Source: Proteromonas lacertae (Eukaryota). Taken from it: DNA of 64,000 nt. Position numbers and translations under genes: made by a program. The stretch covers positions 124,001 through 188,000 of the forward strand of contig NGBS01000590.1 of the NCBI GenBank assembly GCA_002245135.1, given 5' to 3'. The notes beneath the pieces are model-generated. The model was given only the letters and a program-made list of their open reading frames with translations, was not told where the DNA came from and ran no database searches. Within the stretch, counting starts at the first letter, position 1, and the number at the start of each line of letters is the position of its first letter. Below are positions 1 through 12,721 of the stretch, in pieces.

Positions 1-3000
1 TTCCACGATTTTCGATTGAAAATAATAAAGTTCTTTGAGAATTATTCAATATACAACCAAAATCAAAATCATTTTGAGATAACCATAAATTGGGAAAGGC
101 TACATCAGCTACACATGGAATTGAATCTTTCTGAGGATGATCTTCATATCTTATATTCAATATTCCATTTATTTTACATGAGATTTTATCATCTTTATAA
201 TTTGGATCAAATTCTACTGTCACATTAGTTGATTCATTTGGTTCTAAATGGAATTCATTCATACTTAATAAGAATGGAGCTGCTATACTTATTATCACAT
301 CTAAACTTAACGTTGATATATTCTTAAATACAACTGTCTTACTTTGAACTTCACATGCAACTCCAGCTTCATATACATATTTAAATTCGATTTTCTCTTC
401 AGAACATTGAATTAATGGATTTATAAAGTTCACTTTTACTTCTGTTTTTATTGCTTCATTATTTCTTACTTCTCCATCAAATTTCGTCAAACAAGAAAAC
501 ATTTCCATCACTTCACAGGGTTTTTCACAACTTCCAGATATTACAAAATTACAAGCTGTATTTGGTTTTAATTCAATTGCATTGGGAGTTATTGTAAATA
601 TTGCTTCATAAGGTGATGTATCTTTCATTTTCTTTCTTCCAGCTATGGAATTCATTTCACTTTCCATCTTTGATTTATTGGCTTTAAACGCTTTTTCTTT
701 TTCTACTGCAGTTTGATTTATCCAAGTTAATCTTTGACTTCTTAAACCTCGGTTTTCTAATAAAAATACTCTTTCGATTGTTCTGTTTGTGAATTGATCA
801 CCAAAATCAATTACATCTACTGGATCTTCACAGAATAATGTTGTTCCTATACCTTTCGCTGTAACTGGAAGAATTACACTATCTCCTTCAGTTACTGCTA
901 TGTATATTGTATCTTTATATGCTAATACATCTTCCAACATGCAACTAACTACTATCTTTTGAGATTCTCCACTTTGTAATATACCATCAACTATATCAGT
1001 ATTAAAATGAAATCCTCGTTTAAAATCTAATTTATATGGAGCTGGAATTGGAGTTGGATTAGTTATTGTAAATTCTTTTGTATGAGTATCTAAACAAGTT
1101 ATATCACCAAATTTTATATGATTTAAATTTGACTTTATCACTGGTCCAAGTCCATTTGCTTCTAATACTAATACCAATGGTGGATATTGACTGCCAATTA
1201 TTTGAATATATAATGGAATTCTCATATCACCTAATTTCTCAGGGTTTAATTGAACTTGAATCATTTGAGTTGCCATTGGTCCAATTACACCTTTAGCTGG
1301 ATCAGGGAAATAACTACCAATCGATTTACTTCTTTCATCTTGTTCTGTTACTTCAAATCGAGCACTTAAATTGGATTTATTTTTTAATGTTAAAGTTCGA
1401 TAATAAGGATATCTTAAATAACAATCTCCATATTTCAAGGATTCTTCTAATAATTCTACTTCAGCTACTCGACATTCAGCACTTATTGGAATTGTTAATA
1501 ATGCTTCACCTACACTTTCAATATCAATTGCTAAACAATAATCATATACTTTTATTGTCTGAGATATGAAATTGATTTTGATTTTTTCTTCTCCTTCTGG
1601 TAATACTGTTGCTTTTGCTGGAATTATTTCGAATTCTTTATTTAAGAAATTACCATCTTGTGGAACTCGTAAATTGAATTTAAATGGAACAGAGGAAGTA
1701 TTTCTTAATATCAAATCAGTTGAGTTTAAAAACGCATAACTTACAATACCAAAATCTAATTTATTCTTATTGAAGAAGAATGTTGGACCAACTACATGTC
1801 CTTTTATTGTTAATACCACATTATTAGTTGCTCCTTTTAATGCAAATTCAAAATGATCACTAAATTCACCAAGAGTTGAACTTGTATAACATACTTCGAT
1901 TGTTACACTTTCTTCTATATCTAATTCACCTTCTGGTGGAGTAAATATCACATTTGGTTTTCGACATTTATCTATTAATTTATAAGCACATTTGATTGAT
2001 CCTTCATTGGTAAGTGATACTTCATATCGATGTGTTGAATTAATAAATATATCACCAATATCTAATACATCATAACTAAAATGAGCTTTTGGACCAACAC
2101 CTGAACCTGTTATTAACAATGGAATTCGATCTAATCTTCCTTCTAATTCACAAAAACATTTTATTTCAAAATCTGCTGATAATGTTGGATGGAATACTAC
2201 AGTTATTTCTATTTCACTATGTGACCAGATTTCACCTTCATTTGGAATGATTGATACATTTTTATCTTCAAATGCTAAACAATCACGATCTACTTGGGAA
2301 TGTAATATTTTATATTTTCTACTCACTAAAAGGGCCGATTTTGATTGATCTGTTAATGGTTCTAAATCCATTGTGGAGTTGTTTATACTGTTGTTCAAAT
2401 TACTTCCTGAATCAGATGGTAATATTTGAGCTTGTGGTTGGTTTAATTTACTTATTTCTTCTTCTTCTAATACATGTAATTCATTGTGTAATCTTTGTCT
2501 TTCTTTTTCATCATCATCTTCAGTTTGAAAGGCTTTCCACATAAAATGACATTTTGATGTTGAATTATTGATAATTTTGAATGTCTTTCTTGATTCTAAT
2601 GATAAATAAGTTGGATCCATTGATATTATTTGAGTACTTAAACCAATATCTAAATCTTGAGCTTGAGCTTTAAGATCAATCACTTTTGATAAATTCTCAC
2701 CATATACTAATACTAATGATGAAGCTAATGATTGTGTGGCATCTACTGGATATAATGTAACATCTAATGTAGTTAATCCATTGATTGGAATAGTTGGATT
2801 ATCTAATTTTACTTTGTAAGGTAGATTAATAAATGGACGAAGTACAGCAACTGAATCTCCTTGATTATATATTGTAATAGTCTTGGTTGTTTCTAATCGA
2901 CAAGGGACTGTACCAAAATCTAATACATCTTGACATATTAAGACAGGATGACGACCTGGAGCACTAATTGAGACTAAGAATTTTTCTCTTTCAGTTATAC

Positions 3001-3548
3001 ATAATAATTCTGCATGATAATCTTTTCTTTCGTGTGGTGCAAATGTAACATTGTATTTTACAGATAATCCTGGTGCTACTGAACCATCTGGGTTTCTATT
3101 TGCTGATTCTGCATCTAGTTCTACTTTAAAATATGGATCATCTAATTTTTGGACTGTCAAACGTCTTGGAACCTATTATATAAAATCAAATTACGATTTA
3201 ATGAAAATACTGAATCTTGATTTCTGAATGTTAATGGTTGGGTATATGTATGATGTTCCTCATAATTAGCAAATACTATAGAGTTTGGAAAAGGTTGAAA
3301 TAGAGGACAATCCAAATCAACACTACATTTCGGGTTTGCTGATGTTTCATGAAGATCCAAATGCTATATTATAAATAATAAATATATACTTCAACTATTT
3401 CTGGTATTTCTGGTTTTGTTAATGCTCTAGTTTTGATTGATATGTCTTTATGTGTATAAGCTGGAACAATCTTCTAAAAAATGAGATGAATAGAGTATAC
3501 AGTTGTCAGTTTATTGGTATTTCCAATCTCAGTAAGGTTGTTTGACAT
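1..3548 (-). CDS. HYDIN: Hydin (axonemal central-pair ASH-domain protein), N-terminal ~1150 aa; continues beyond the left window edge
   Basis: ATG at 3548, three small GT-AG introns, then a frame from 3172 that is consistent at both ends of the interval (absent from the ORF track because no stop falls in the window). Translation FQPFPNSIVFANYEE...FRNQDSVPRRL...VAPGLSVKYNVTFAPHERKDYHAELLCITEREKFLV matches the Hydin N-terminus. Confidence 0.9.
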
Positions 3549-3716
3549 GAAAAAAAATAAAACTGTTTTTTAAAAAACGTATTGAATCAAGCTTTTGCTT
3601 GAAAATATAAATTCAAAAATGTATTTTCAATTTAATCTATTATTCTGGTTATATACAACAGGTTAAGAATATATAAATATATGTATATAAATACTGAAAT
3701 CAAATACAAATTATTA

Positions 3717-4967
3717 CTATTCTTCTTTGGGTAGATTTTTATTTATCATATTCTCAGCCTCTACATCAGCTAAATTATTAATTAACTGTTTCATATCATC
3801 CATAATCCCAACTCTCTTATGTACAGTCGATTCTATCACAACCATAAGATCTTCCATCTCATCCACCTTCTTAAAGAAATTATCAGCTTTCTCAACATCC
3901 CAACTCATTGCATTATATCCTTTAGTACGTTTATAAGCATCTAATGCCTTAGCTTTCTCATGAAATAGCTTCTTATATGCTTCTAATTCTACTTCCAACT
4001 GTGCAGCGTGTTGTCTCAATGAATCTGCTTCAATTTCTGCTTTTACTCTAGCTTTTACATCTTCACTCAACTTCTCTTTCTTTACTTTTTCTTCTAATAG
4101 TTTATTATAATCTTTTTCTAGTGAAATATATTTGTAATTCAATTTATCTAATAATTGAATTGTTGAACCAAACAGTGTGTTTTGAAACAATCCTAACTCT
4201 GGATTAACTGATGTTATCTTTCTTAATAATGGTCTATGTAGATGAAATAACTCTAATATTTCATGTTCCAAGTCATTTACTTTCTCATTTGCAATTTGTG
4301 TTTTTAAAGTGTCTTCAAATATTGTTAATAGATTACTATACAAAGGATTCTCTTTTACTGTATGAGTGACATTTGGTTGGGCTTCTTTAACGATTTGTCC
4401 ACATATATCTAAATCATTTGCCACTCTATTAAAATAAAATATAATAATTGTAAGTATATATACAATGGGAATGATTTAAATGAATGTCTTATCTCTTCTA
4501 ATGTTGGATCAACAAAATGTAAATTACTTGATGTTCTTTTAATATATTGAGGAGTATCTAATAATAATGCTTTTCTTATAATTTCTTGAGATTCATTCAT
4601 TTCATTTTCCTTATGCCTTGGTGTGACTAATGCAGCTGTGTTAATTCTTCCGTGTGTAGGTGAAGTGAGTGGTGTACTACCATATTTTTTTGTTATTTTA
4701 CTTCTTCTTGGGGTTGTATAAGATGAGCGAGAAGTTGGAGCGTGAGGAGTGATGGAATTATTCCTCCAAAATCGATTTTTTATATTATCTGATGGAGTTT
4801 TTAGAAACATATTTACATCTGGAGTTCTTAGTGAAAATCTTAATTAGTATATAATTTAAATTATACTTTGTCACAATATCTTCTTCTTCTATTTCTTCAT
4901 CATCATCAATACTCAAAGGAGGTAAATTAGGTTTATATTTTTTAATTGGTGAGAATTCTTCTTCCAT
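3717..4967 (-). CDS. Coiled-coil protein with an axonemal dynein light chain (AXDND1-like) segment; intron-split
   Basis: ORFs 4785-4967, 4409-4810 and 3717-4424 can be joined via short introns. LLRKITSVNPELGLFQNTLFGSTIQLLDKL resembles the ELIRQVxxxCxERGxLL motif. Family call is weak. Confidence 0.45.
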
Positions 4968-5073
4968 TTTCCTATAATATCATTCAATAAATAATTTTGA
5001 AAGAATCTGTTTTATTATAACTCAAGCTTTATTGTCAAACTTACAGTTTATTTTTTTAATTCTTTCTTTTATA

Positions 5074-5978
5074 ATGGAAACCTCAAATAATACGCAACAA
5101 TCTTCTTCAATGAAGCAGACATGGACTTTAGACGACTTTGAGATTGGCAAACCTTTGGGAAAAGGAAGATTTGGAACAGTGTATTTAGCTAGGGAGAAAT
5201 CATCGCAATTTATTGTTGCATTAAAGGTATTATCGAAACGTATGATTAAACAATGTAAACAAGAACACCAACTCAGAAGAGAAATAGAAATTCAATCACA
5301 TTTAAGGTATTAGTGAATAAATTATACATTTATTAGACACAAAAATATAGCACATTTGTATGGTTTATTCGATGATAATAAAAAGATATATCTCATATTG
5401 GAATATTGTCCAAAAGGTGAGTTATACAACGAACTCTGTAAATTCAAAAGAATAAAAGAAAAACAAGCAGCTGTATATGTAAAATCATTAACAGAAGCGT
5501 TAATTTATTGTCATCAGAAATGTATAATACACCGTGACTTAAAACCAGAAAATATATTATTAGGATATAATGTATAAAAATGTAAAATTATAACATATAG
5601 GGAGAAGTAAAGATATCAGATTTTGGATCAGCAATCCATGCACCTAGTTCTCGTCGTTTATCACTGTGTGGAACATTGGATTATTTACCACCAGAAATGA
5701 TAGAAGGAAAGCATTATGATGATAACGTAGACACATGGTCGTTAGGTGTGTTAATTTATGAATTATTAGTAGGAAAACCACCATTTGAAGCAGAAGGATA
5801 TGATCAAACTTATAAAAGGATATGTGATGTTGATTTAAAATTCCCCCAAAGTGTTTCTTCTGAAGGAAAAGATCTTATAAAACAGATTTTGGTGAAGGAT
5901 CCAGAGAAGAGAATTAAATTGGATGATATTTTGATACACCCTTGGATTGTACATAATACAAGACATAGAATGAATTAA
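5074..5978 (+). CDS. Aurora-family Ser/Thr kinase (2 introns)
   Basis: [50 protein letters not shown]...[20 protein letters not shown]; introns of ~30 nt near 5308 and 5573 splice in frame. Confidence 0.93.
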
Positions 5979-6159
5979 CTCTATCGCTTAATCTCAACTT
6001 TTTCTCATCAGTTAGTATAACCTTATTTTAGTCTTATATATAATAACAATAAGTTTTTAATTTTAAGTTATTTATTTAATTTTTCTATTATTCTGGTTGA
6101 AATTTAATAAAAATAAAGTAAAAAAAAAGTTATAAAAATAAGTAAATAATAATCATTAA

Positions 6160-6797
6160 CTAATCTACAAGATATAATTCCCACAATTGATTTATTCTAT
6201 CAAATTTAGGTAAATCGTTTAAATCAAATTTCTTTAACATATCTCCTACAATTAAACCAGAACAGTCATTTGGATTCGATCTATTCCAATGGATCTTTGT
6301 TATATTTTTATATAAATACAATAAATTTCTATCAATAATATAAAAGATAGAAATACTCTGAATGTTGTATTTTTGCATCTAGTTCTTCTATTTTTGTATG
6401 ATCAACTCTATTTTCTCTGATTCTTCATCCAATGATAATATTTTGGTTTTTGTTTCTTTCACTTTAGACTCAAATTTGTTTAAATCACGTTCTAGTTCAT
6501 TCTTTGCTCTTTCTGTTTCAATAAGTTCTACATTCCGTTCTTGCACAATTTTTATCATCTCTTCTATATTCTGAGCAATAACTGACTCTTCATTCTGCAT
6601 GTCTATAAGATAATTGATAAAATTTTACTTCTTATTGCATCACACATTTCTTTTTGGTTATTATCACTTTTTTCATCTATTTGGTTTAGTTTCTGTTTTA
6701 TATGTTGTATTTTCTCAAAATCATCATTCAATAAATAAACTGAAGAGAGATCATGTAAAATAGAAAGAGTTTCTTCCCATGACAAATCTTCAGACAT
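6160..6797 (-). CDS. Coiled-coil protein with short globular C-terminus, Spc24-like kinetochore protein; needs one added base near 6391-6395
   Basis: Long coiled coil followed by LLYLYKNITKIHW...FDRINQLWEL, which resembles the Spc24 RWD domain. Two small introns. The frame is restored if the A5 run is really A6. Confidence 0.55.
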
Positions 6798-6878
6798 TGT
6801 AAACAACAAAACAAAATTTAAAAAGTGTTCAAGCCTTGACAAGCTTTTTAGAAAAACTGAAATTTGTTTAAGTGAAAT

Positions 6879-7968
6879 ATGAATATTGTAGGACTTGTTT
6901 TTCTTATCATCGGTATTGTAATAGCCTTGTTCATATTGTTCTACTTATTGAAATGGGTGGTTACTGGTTTCTCTCTTGTTAAAGAAAAAGAAGTAATGAT
7001 CATCGAAAGATTTGGTAAATATCATTCTATGTGTACTCCTGGAATTAATTGGACATGGCCGTTTATTGATCGATTTAAAGTATCATAATCTCTTATTCTT
7101 TACACTATAGAGTTATCATGTAAGATACTACAACACAAATCAATCAGCAGGTGGTGAAGTTGTTCAATTGATAGATAGAACAGAGACAAAAATCTCTACA
7201 CAAAATGAAGTTATGGACTTTCCAAAACAGACAGTTATTACTCGAGATAATGCTAAGATTCAATTGGATGCTATTTTAGGATATAAAATTGTCAATGCTA
7301 AAGCTATGGTTTATTCTTGTCAAAATCTTCCTTATATTTTATCTAAATTAATGCAAGCTCAAGTATGTTATTATAAATTAATAAAATTGTTTATTATTAT
7401 TGTATAGTTGCGTAATACTGCTGGTTTATTAGATGTTGATCAAATTATAGAAGATTCCACCAAATTAGATTCTGTGATGGGTGATGTTGATGCAGTTGCT
7501 AGAGATTGGGGTGTGCAAATAAATCTATTAAAAATTCAACAAGTTTCAGCTGGAGATTTAAATGACGCTTTACAGGAAAAAATGAAAGCTGAATTTGAGA
7601 ATAGTAAAATCATCACAGAGTCAAAATCAAAGAGGCAACAAGCAATAATCAATGCTGAAGCTAATAGAGATAAATTAGTAAAAGAAGCTGAAGGTAATAG
7701 TCAAAATATTATATCTAATGCTAAGGGTGAAGCTAAAGCTATTTTAAATCGTGCTGAAGGTGAAGCAAAGTCAATCAAGGAAATATCAAGAGCAGTTAAA
7801 AAATCAGGTCAAAATCCTGCTAAATACCTATTGACAATAAAATATATCAATATATTATCATATATAATCACATTAAAGAGTGTCAATATTGAATTAATGC
7901 CAGCAAAACCATTATTGTTAAATGCTGCTTCAACTCTTGGAATGAACACTGTTATACCATCACATTAG
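6879..7968 (+). CDS. Stomatin/prohibitin (SPFH, band 7) membrane protein
   Basis: N-terminal TM helix, IIERFGKY...PGINWTWPFIDR, MDFPKQTVITRDNA, AEA/AEG-repeat coiled coil; two in-frame introns. Confidence 0.88.
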
Positions 7969-8093
7969 TTGAAATTTATGAATATTATAAATGTAATATG
8001 TTGTTCTTTTATTGTTGACTTTTTTTCTATTCATTCTTATGTTTAATTCCAAATAAAGAAAATAATATCATCATTATATCATAATTCAATATC

Positions 8094-11000
8094 TTATCTA
8101 TCCAAATATCTGATTTTAGAAATACATAAGTATAAACATAAAATCATCACAAATATGGCAATTAATTGATAACCAACAAAATTCCATAACAAATCATATC
8201 TCATTCCATAAAAATCAATGAAATATTCATGAATTGTCAAAGTAATATTACCTTCAATACGAACATTTGGACAAACAGCTTTATTTGTTTCAAAATTATC
8301 ACATTTGAACTGATTAATAGCTGCTGCTTGTATTGCATACATTGTTGGATTTACCCAAAATAACCACTTCCAAGGAGCTTTCAAAGAAGGATATGGAGTT
8401 AAAAATCCAGTAAATGTCATTAACACACTTATTAATAACCCAATTAATGTTGCAGCAACACCATCACTTGGAAATAAATATGAGAAACATTGAGCTAATA
8501 AAGAGCAAAACATAAACCATTCAAATGTCACTAAGAATTGAATTAATACTTTCTTTATATCACCATCTAATCCAACCATTGGATAGAATATCAGATTAAA
8601 TACCAATGATATTATGAATATGTAAACTGCTTCAACAAATACAATAGAAAACAAATGTGCAAATGGATGATATGTTTTCATTGCATCTTCTCTATAAAAC
8701 ATCATTCTGGATGATGTAATAAACTCAACAATTGGTAACATACAATTTGCTCCACTTGACATCATGTTTATACTTATTCCAGCAAATTTACTTTGAAGTC
8801 CACCTTGATAACTATCATCTACTTGAAAATATACAATACTAACAGCAAATATAACCATGAAGATTTCTTCAAATCTAGCCAAATTAAAATCAAGTTTTCT
8901 CCAATTCATTCGGAAATTTCTTTTAGTTACTTCATAGATTTGTTTGAATATTGAAACAGAATATTTGGATTTTGATTTGACTGATGGTTGATCAGAATTC
9001 TTTATTTCATTTATTATATTCAAATTATCTTCATACAATTTGTTTTTCATATAATAATCACCAAATTGAATAGTATTTTTACCATCTACACCAGCACCTG
9101 TTACTTCTAACATCCAACTAGCTGGATTTTCATTCTCTTTAATCTTTAGAACATTTTCTATCTCACTTACATATTCTACCACTTTTGAACCATGTTCACC
9201 TAATGGACCTAAATAAACTACTTTTCCACCTCTTTCTAACAATAATACATCACTAAATAATTCAAATATTTCATAAGATGGTTGATGGATTGTACAAATT
9301 ATACTTCTTCCACATTCACCTATCTTATTCAACATCTTACATACTAATAAAGCTGATGAACTATCTAATCCAGTTGTTGGTTCATCTAAGAATAATATTG
9401 AGGGATTAGCTGCTAATTCTATTCCAATCATCACCAATTTTCTTATACCCATTGGCAAACCATTCTCTTTTGTTCCTATCATCATATTCTTATATTCACT
9501 TAATCCTAATAATTCGATTGTTTCATCTACATACTTCACTATCATATTATCTTTGGGATTTCCCGGATATCTTAATCTTGCATTAAACATCAATGCATCT
9601 TTGACTGTCTCAGTTTCAGGTAATGTATCTTCTTGTTCTACATATCCACTTAACATACACAAATCATTGGGTTTATATTCTTTACCATTCAATAAGAATT
9701 TACCTTCTATTTTTCCTTGTGTTTTTCTATTTGCTAATACATCCAATAATGTTGTTTTACCAGCACCACTAGCTCCCATTAAAGCAGTCATACTGTGAGC
9801 TCTTACAAATCCACTTACATCATTCAATAACACTTTATCTACTTTTCTTTTTGTTATTGGATCTTTTACTCTTACACTGTATTTGACATGTTCAAATGTA
9901 AAATCTATATTCTTTATTGGATTATCAAGTGAACTAGTTTTCTTTTCATTCATATGTTTCTTCAATTTTTCTATCTTTTTCACTGAATCTTTGTCTACTG
10001 TTTTACTTGGATAGAATGGATCATATTGAAAGTAATGAACTACTATTACTTGACATATTACAAAGAAGATATGTTCACATAACATGATTATTAATGAATA
10101 CCATATTTCACTTCTCTCTGTTGGAAAATCAAATGCTCCAAGATATATCTCAGATTCTTCTTTTGTATATTTATTACTTGTAAATTCATTTATAAGTAAA
10201 GCTTTTATTATATGTGCAAGTGGACTGAAATAATAGAATTCAATTAACCAAATTGGAATACTCTTTCTGGTTATACTAAAACCATTAAACACATTCATAA
10301 TAAAATTGGCTACTGACAAAATTGCACTTAATCCACCCATTGTATCACATAGATAAACAAATATTTCATAAAAAGAATAAAAAGTAATATAACCAAGAAA
10401 TAATATCAAAATATGTATGAAATAATATTCACCATTATTATCAAATGAAAATCCCATCATTGAATAGATTATTGTCCCATATACTATAGTTTCAAGAAAT
10501 TGAAGTAAATAACGACTAATTACTGAAGTAACAATATAAGAACTACTACTATAATATCCTTGTTTCAACTGTTTATATAATGGTGGTTTATTAAAAAATG
10601 ATGGATATATTACACCTAAAGTAGCATTGAGAAGCGTTCCTAATACCATAAATATCCCTCCTGTTTTAGATATAAAATCATTCTTATCAAGTCCAAAGAA
10701 GATCCAACCAAGTAATACACCAGCTATCATTTGTTGAACTATTCTTCCTACAATTACACCAGGATTCTTGTATATATTCTTACAGTGATAATTGAACAAA
10801 TAACATAACTGTTGAATGTAAGACATTGTATGTTTTTGATGAAACATTAAATCATTATAATTATTGTGAATTTCTTTGGATGGAATTGTTTCTTCATTTA
10901 CTTCTCTTTCAATCTTTTCAAAACTTTCACTCTTATGATATAACTCAACCATTGACTTTGTATCAACATTCACACTTTCATCTTTTCGAAATGATAATCT

Positions 11001-12044
11001 TGATTCTTCTTTTCCCATATCTGATAAAAATGAACCAATATCTTTATTATTTGGAATATTATAACCAATTGAATTGAAATACTTCATAATACACTCTTCA
11101 TTTGATGATCCACCATAAATTATTTCACCTTCACTCAGTATTATCACATTATCAAACAGTTTTATTACCTCTGGATCTGGCTGTAATAAGTGACATACTA
11201 AAATTCCTTCAAATATCTTTACCCATTGATTTAGGAATTTACATATGTCATAGGTTACTGCACTATCTAAACCAGTACTAACTTTATCCAATAACAATAC
11301 TCTGGCTGGACCAGCTAATGCCTCACCTAATGTAACTCTTTTCTTTTCACCTCCACTAATACCTCGAATCATTTCATCACCTACTACTGTATTTTCACAG
11401 ATATTCAATCCCAACTTTTCTATCAACAGTTTGGTTTTATTACTCACATCAGCTTCTAATCTGTAATGGCCTTTCTTTGATAGATTACCTTTACCATTCA
11501 AACAATGAACTGCAAAGTCTAATGTTTCTTTCACAGTCAAATTGCCTAACTGAATGTCATTTTGACCACAGAAACTACACAATTTCTTCCAGTTCAAACT
11601 CTCGATTGGCTTACCATCACATTTCACACTTCCTGTGTGTTTACTGGATGGAATATAACCTGCCAATGCCTTTAAGAACGATGTAGTACCAGAAGAAGGA
11701 GGGCCAAATACCTAATTGCTTATAAGTATGTTTTATACTAACGTTGATGAACCAGACTTGAAGTGATAAGTCACATCCTTAAGAACCACTTGATTTTTCT
11801 TACTTGATAAACCTAATCCATCCACTACTTGACTGTAAACTCCAGTAACAATGTTTGGAATATCATTATACTCTCTTTTCTTCTTCTTTACCTCATAGGT
11901 GTAGTTTTTAATAACAATATCAACTTTTGGTAAGTCGGGTAAAAATGTTTTTAGCTCCTTTGCATATTTCACATACTCTGATTTTTCTATATTTTCGTCA
12001 TCTGTTATACATACACTAACTGGTAGATGATTAACATTACTCAT
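8094..12044 (-). CDS. Full-size PDR-type ABCG transporter (NBD-TMD)x2, single intron
   Basis: NBD1 GPPSSGTTS / ISGGEKKRV / LLDKVSTGLDS; NBD2 GASGAGKTT / FLDEPTTGLDS / CTIHQP; two TM blocks; one ~27-nt intron at ~11712-11738; first ATG at 12044. Confidence 0.93.
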
Positions 12045-12721
12045 TATCAATTCAGTTAAAGTATTGGTTAATAATAATGATTGGCGGTAATTAGTCCATT
12101 TCGCGGCTTAAGTATTGGGTGTCTTTTATTTTACTATCTCCTGTAAAATATATAGTATAACATACATATAATTAATCACATTATTACTTTCTATTTTAAT
12201 CACTTCATCCTGAAGGAAAAAATAATACAAATATTATAGAGTTTTGTTGTAAAAATTATAATTCCCCTATATAATTCCAACATAAATGGCATAAACCTAA
12301 TCCATTAGCAAAATCACTAAAACTAATTATACTCCAAAAATTATATTAGTAAACGTTTGAGAACTATGAATAAAGGTAATAAAGTACAAATATCCTGTAA
12401 ATACACCAATATTCCATAACTACATTAGCTTATTGCACTATTTTAGCTTAAATTTCAACATATGTACTTCCAAATTACCAATCTCAACTATTTAATAGTC
12501 TAATAGTGTATTACAAAATAATTTAGATGTTCCAATTCTCTAGGTTATAACATTTTGAATTAAAAAACAATTTAACTGCTTAAAATACTTCATGTTATTT
12601 AAACGCTTTAAGGTTAAGTTTTTTTTCAATGTTAAATCTACTTTACCATTACTTCAATATTTCTTAATTTAAGAATTTTCTGAAAAATTCTCAAACTTAT
12701 GTTAGGTTTGAGTTGTTATAA

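Noticed and set aside
16..2544. Short plus-strand ORFs (16-228, 1078-1296, 1387-1569, 2251-2544)
   Set aside because: Antisense shadows of the Hydin exon, rich in Leu/His/Ile, with no recognisable motifs.
6388..6400. AAA-TAG at a frame break, resembling Euplotes-type programmed frameshifting
   Set aside because: The required shift is -1, not +1, and lies in an A homopolymer, so a sequencing deletion is more likely.
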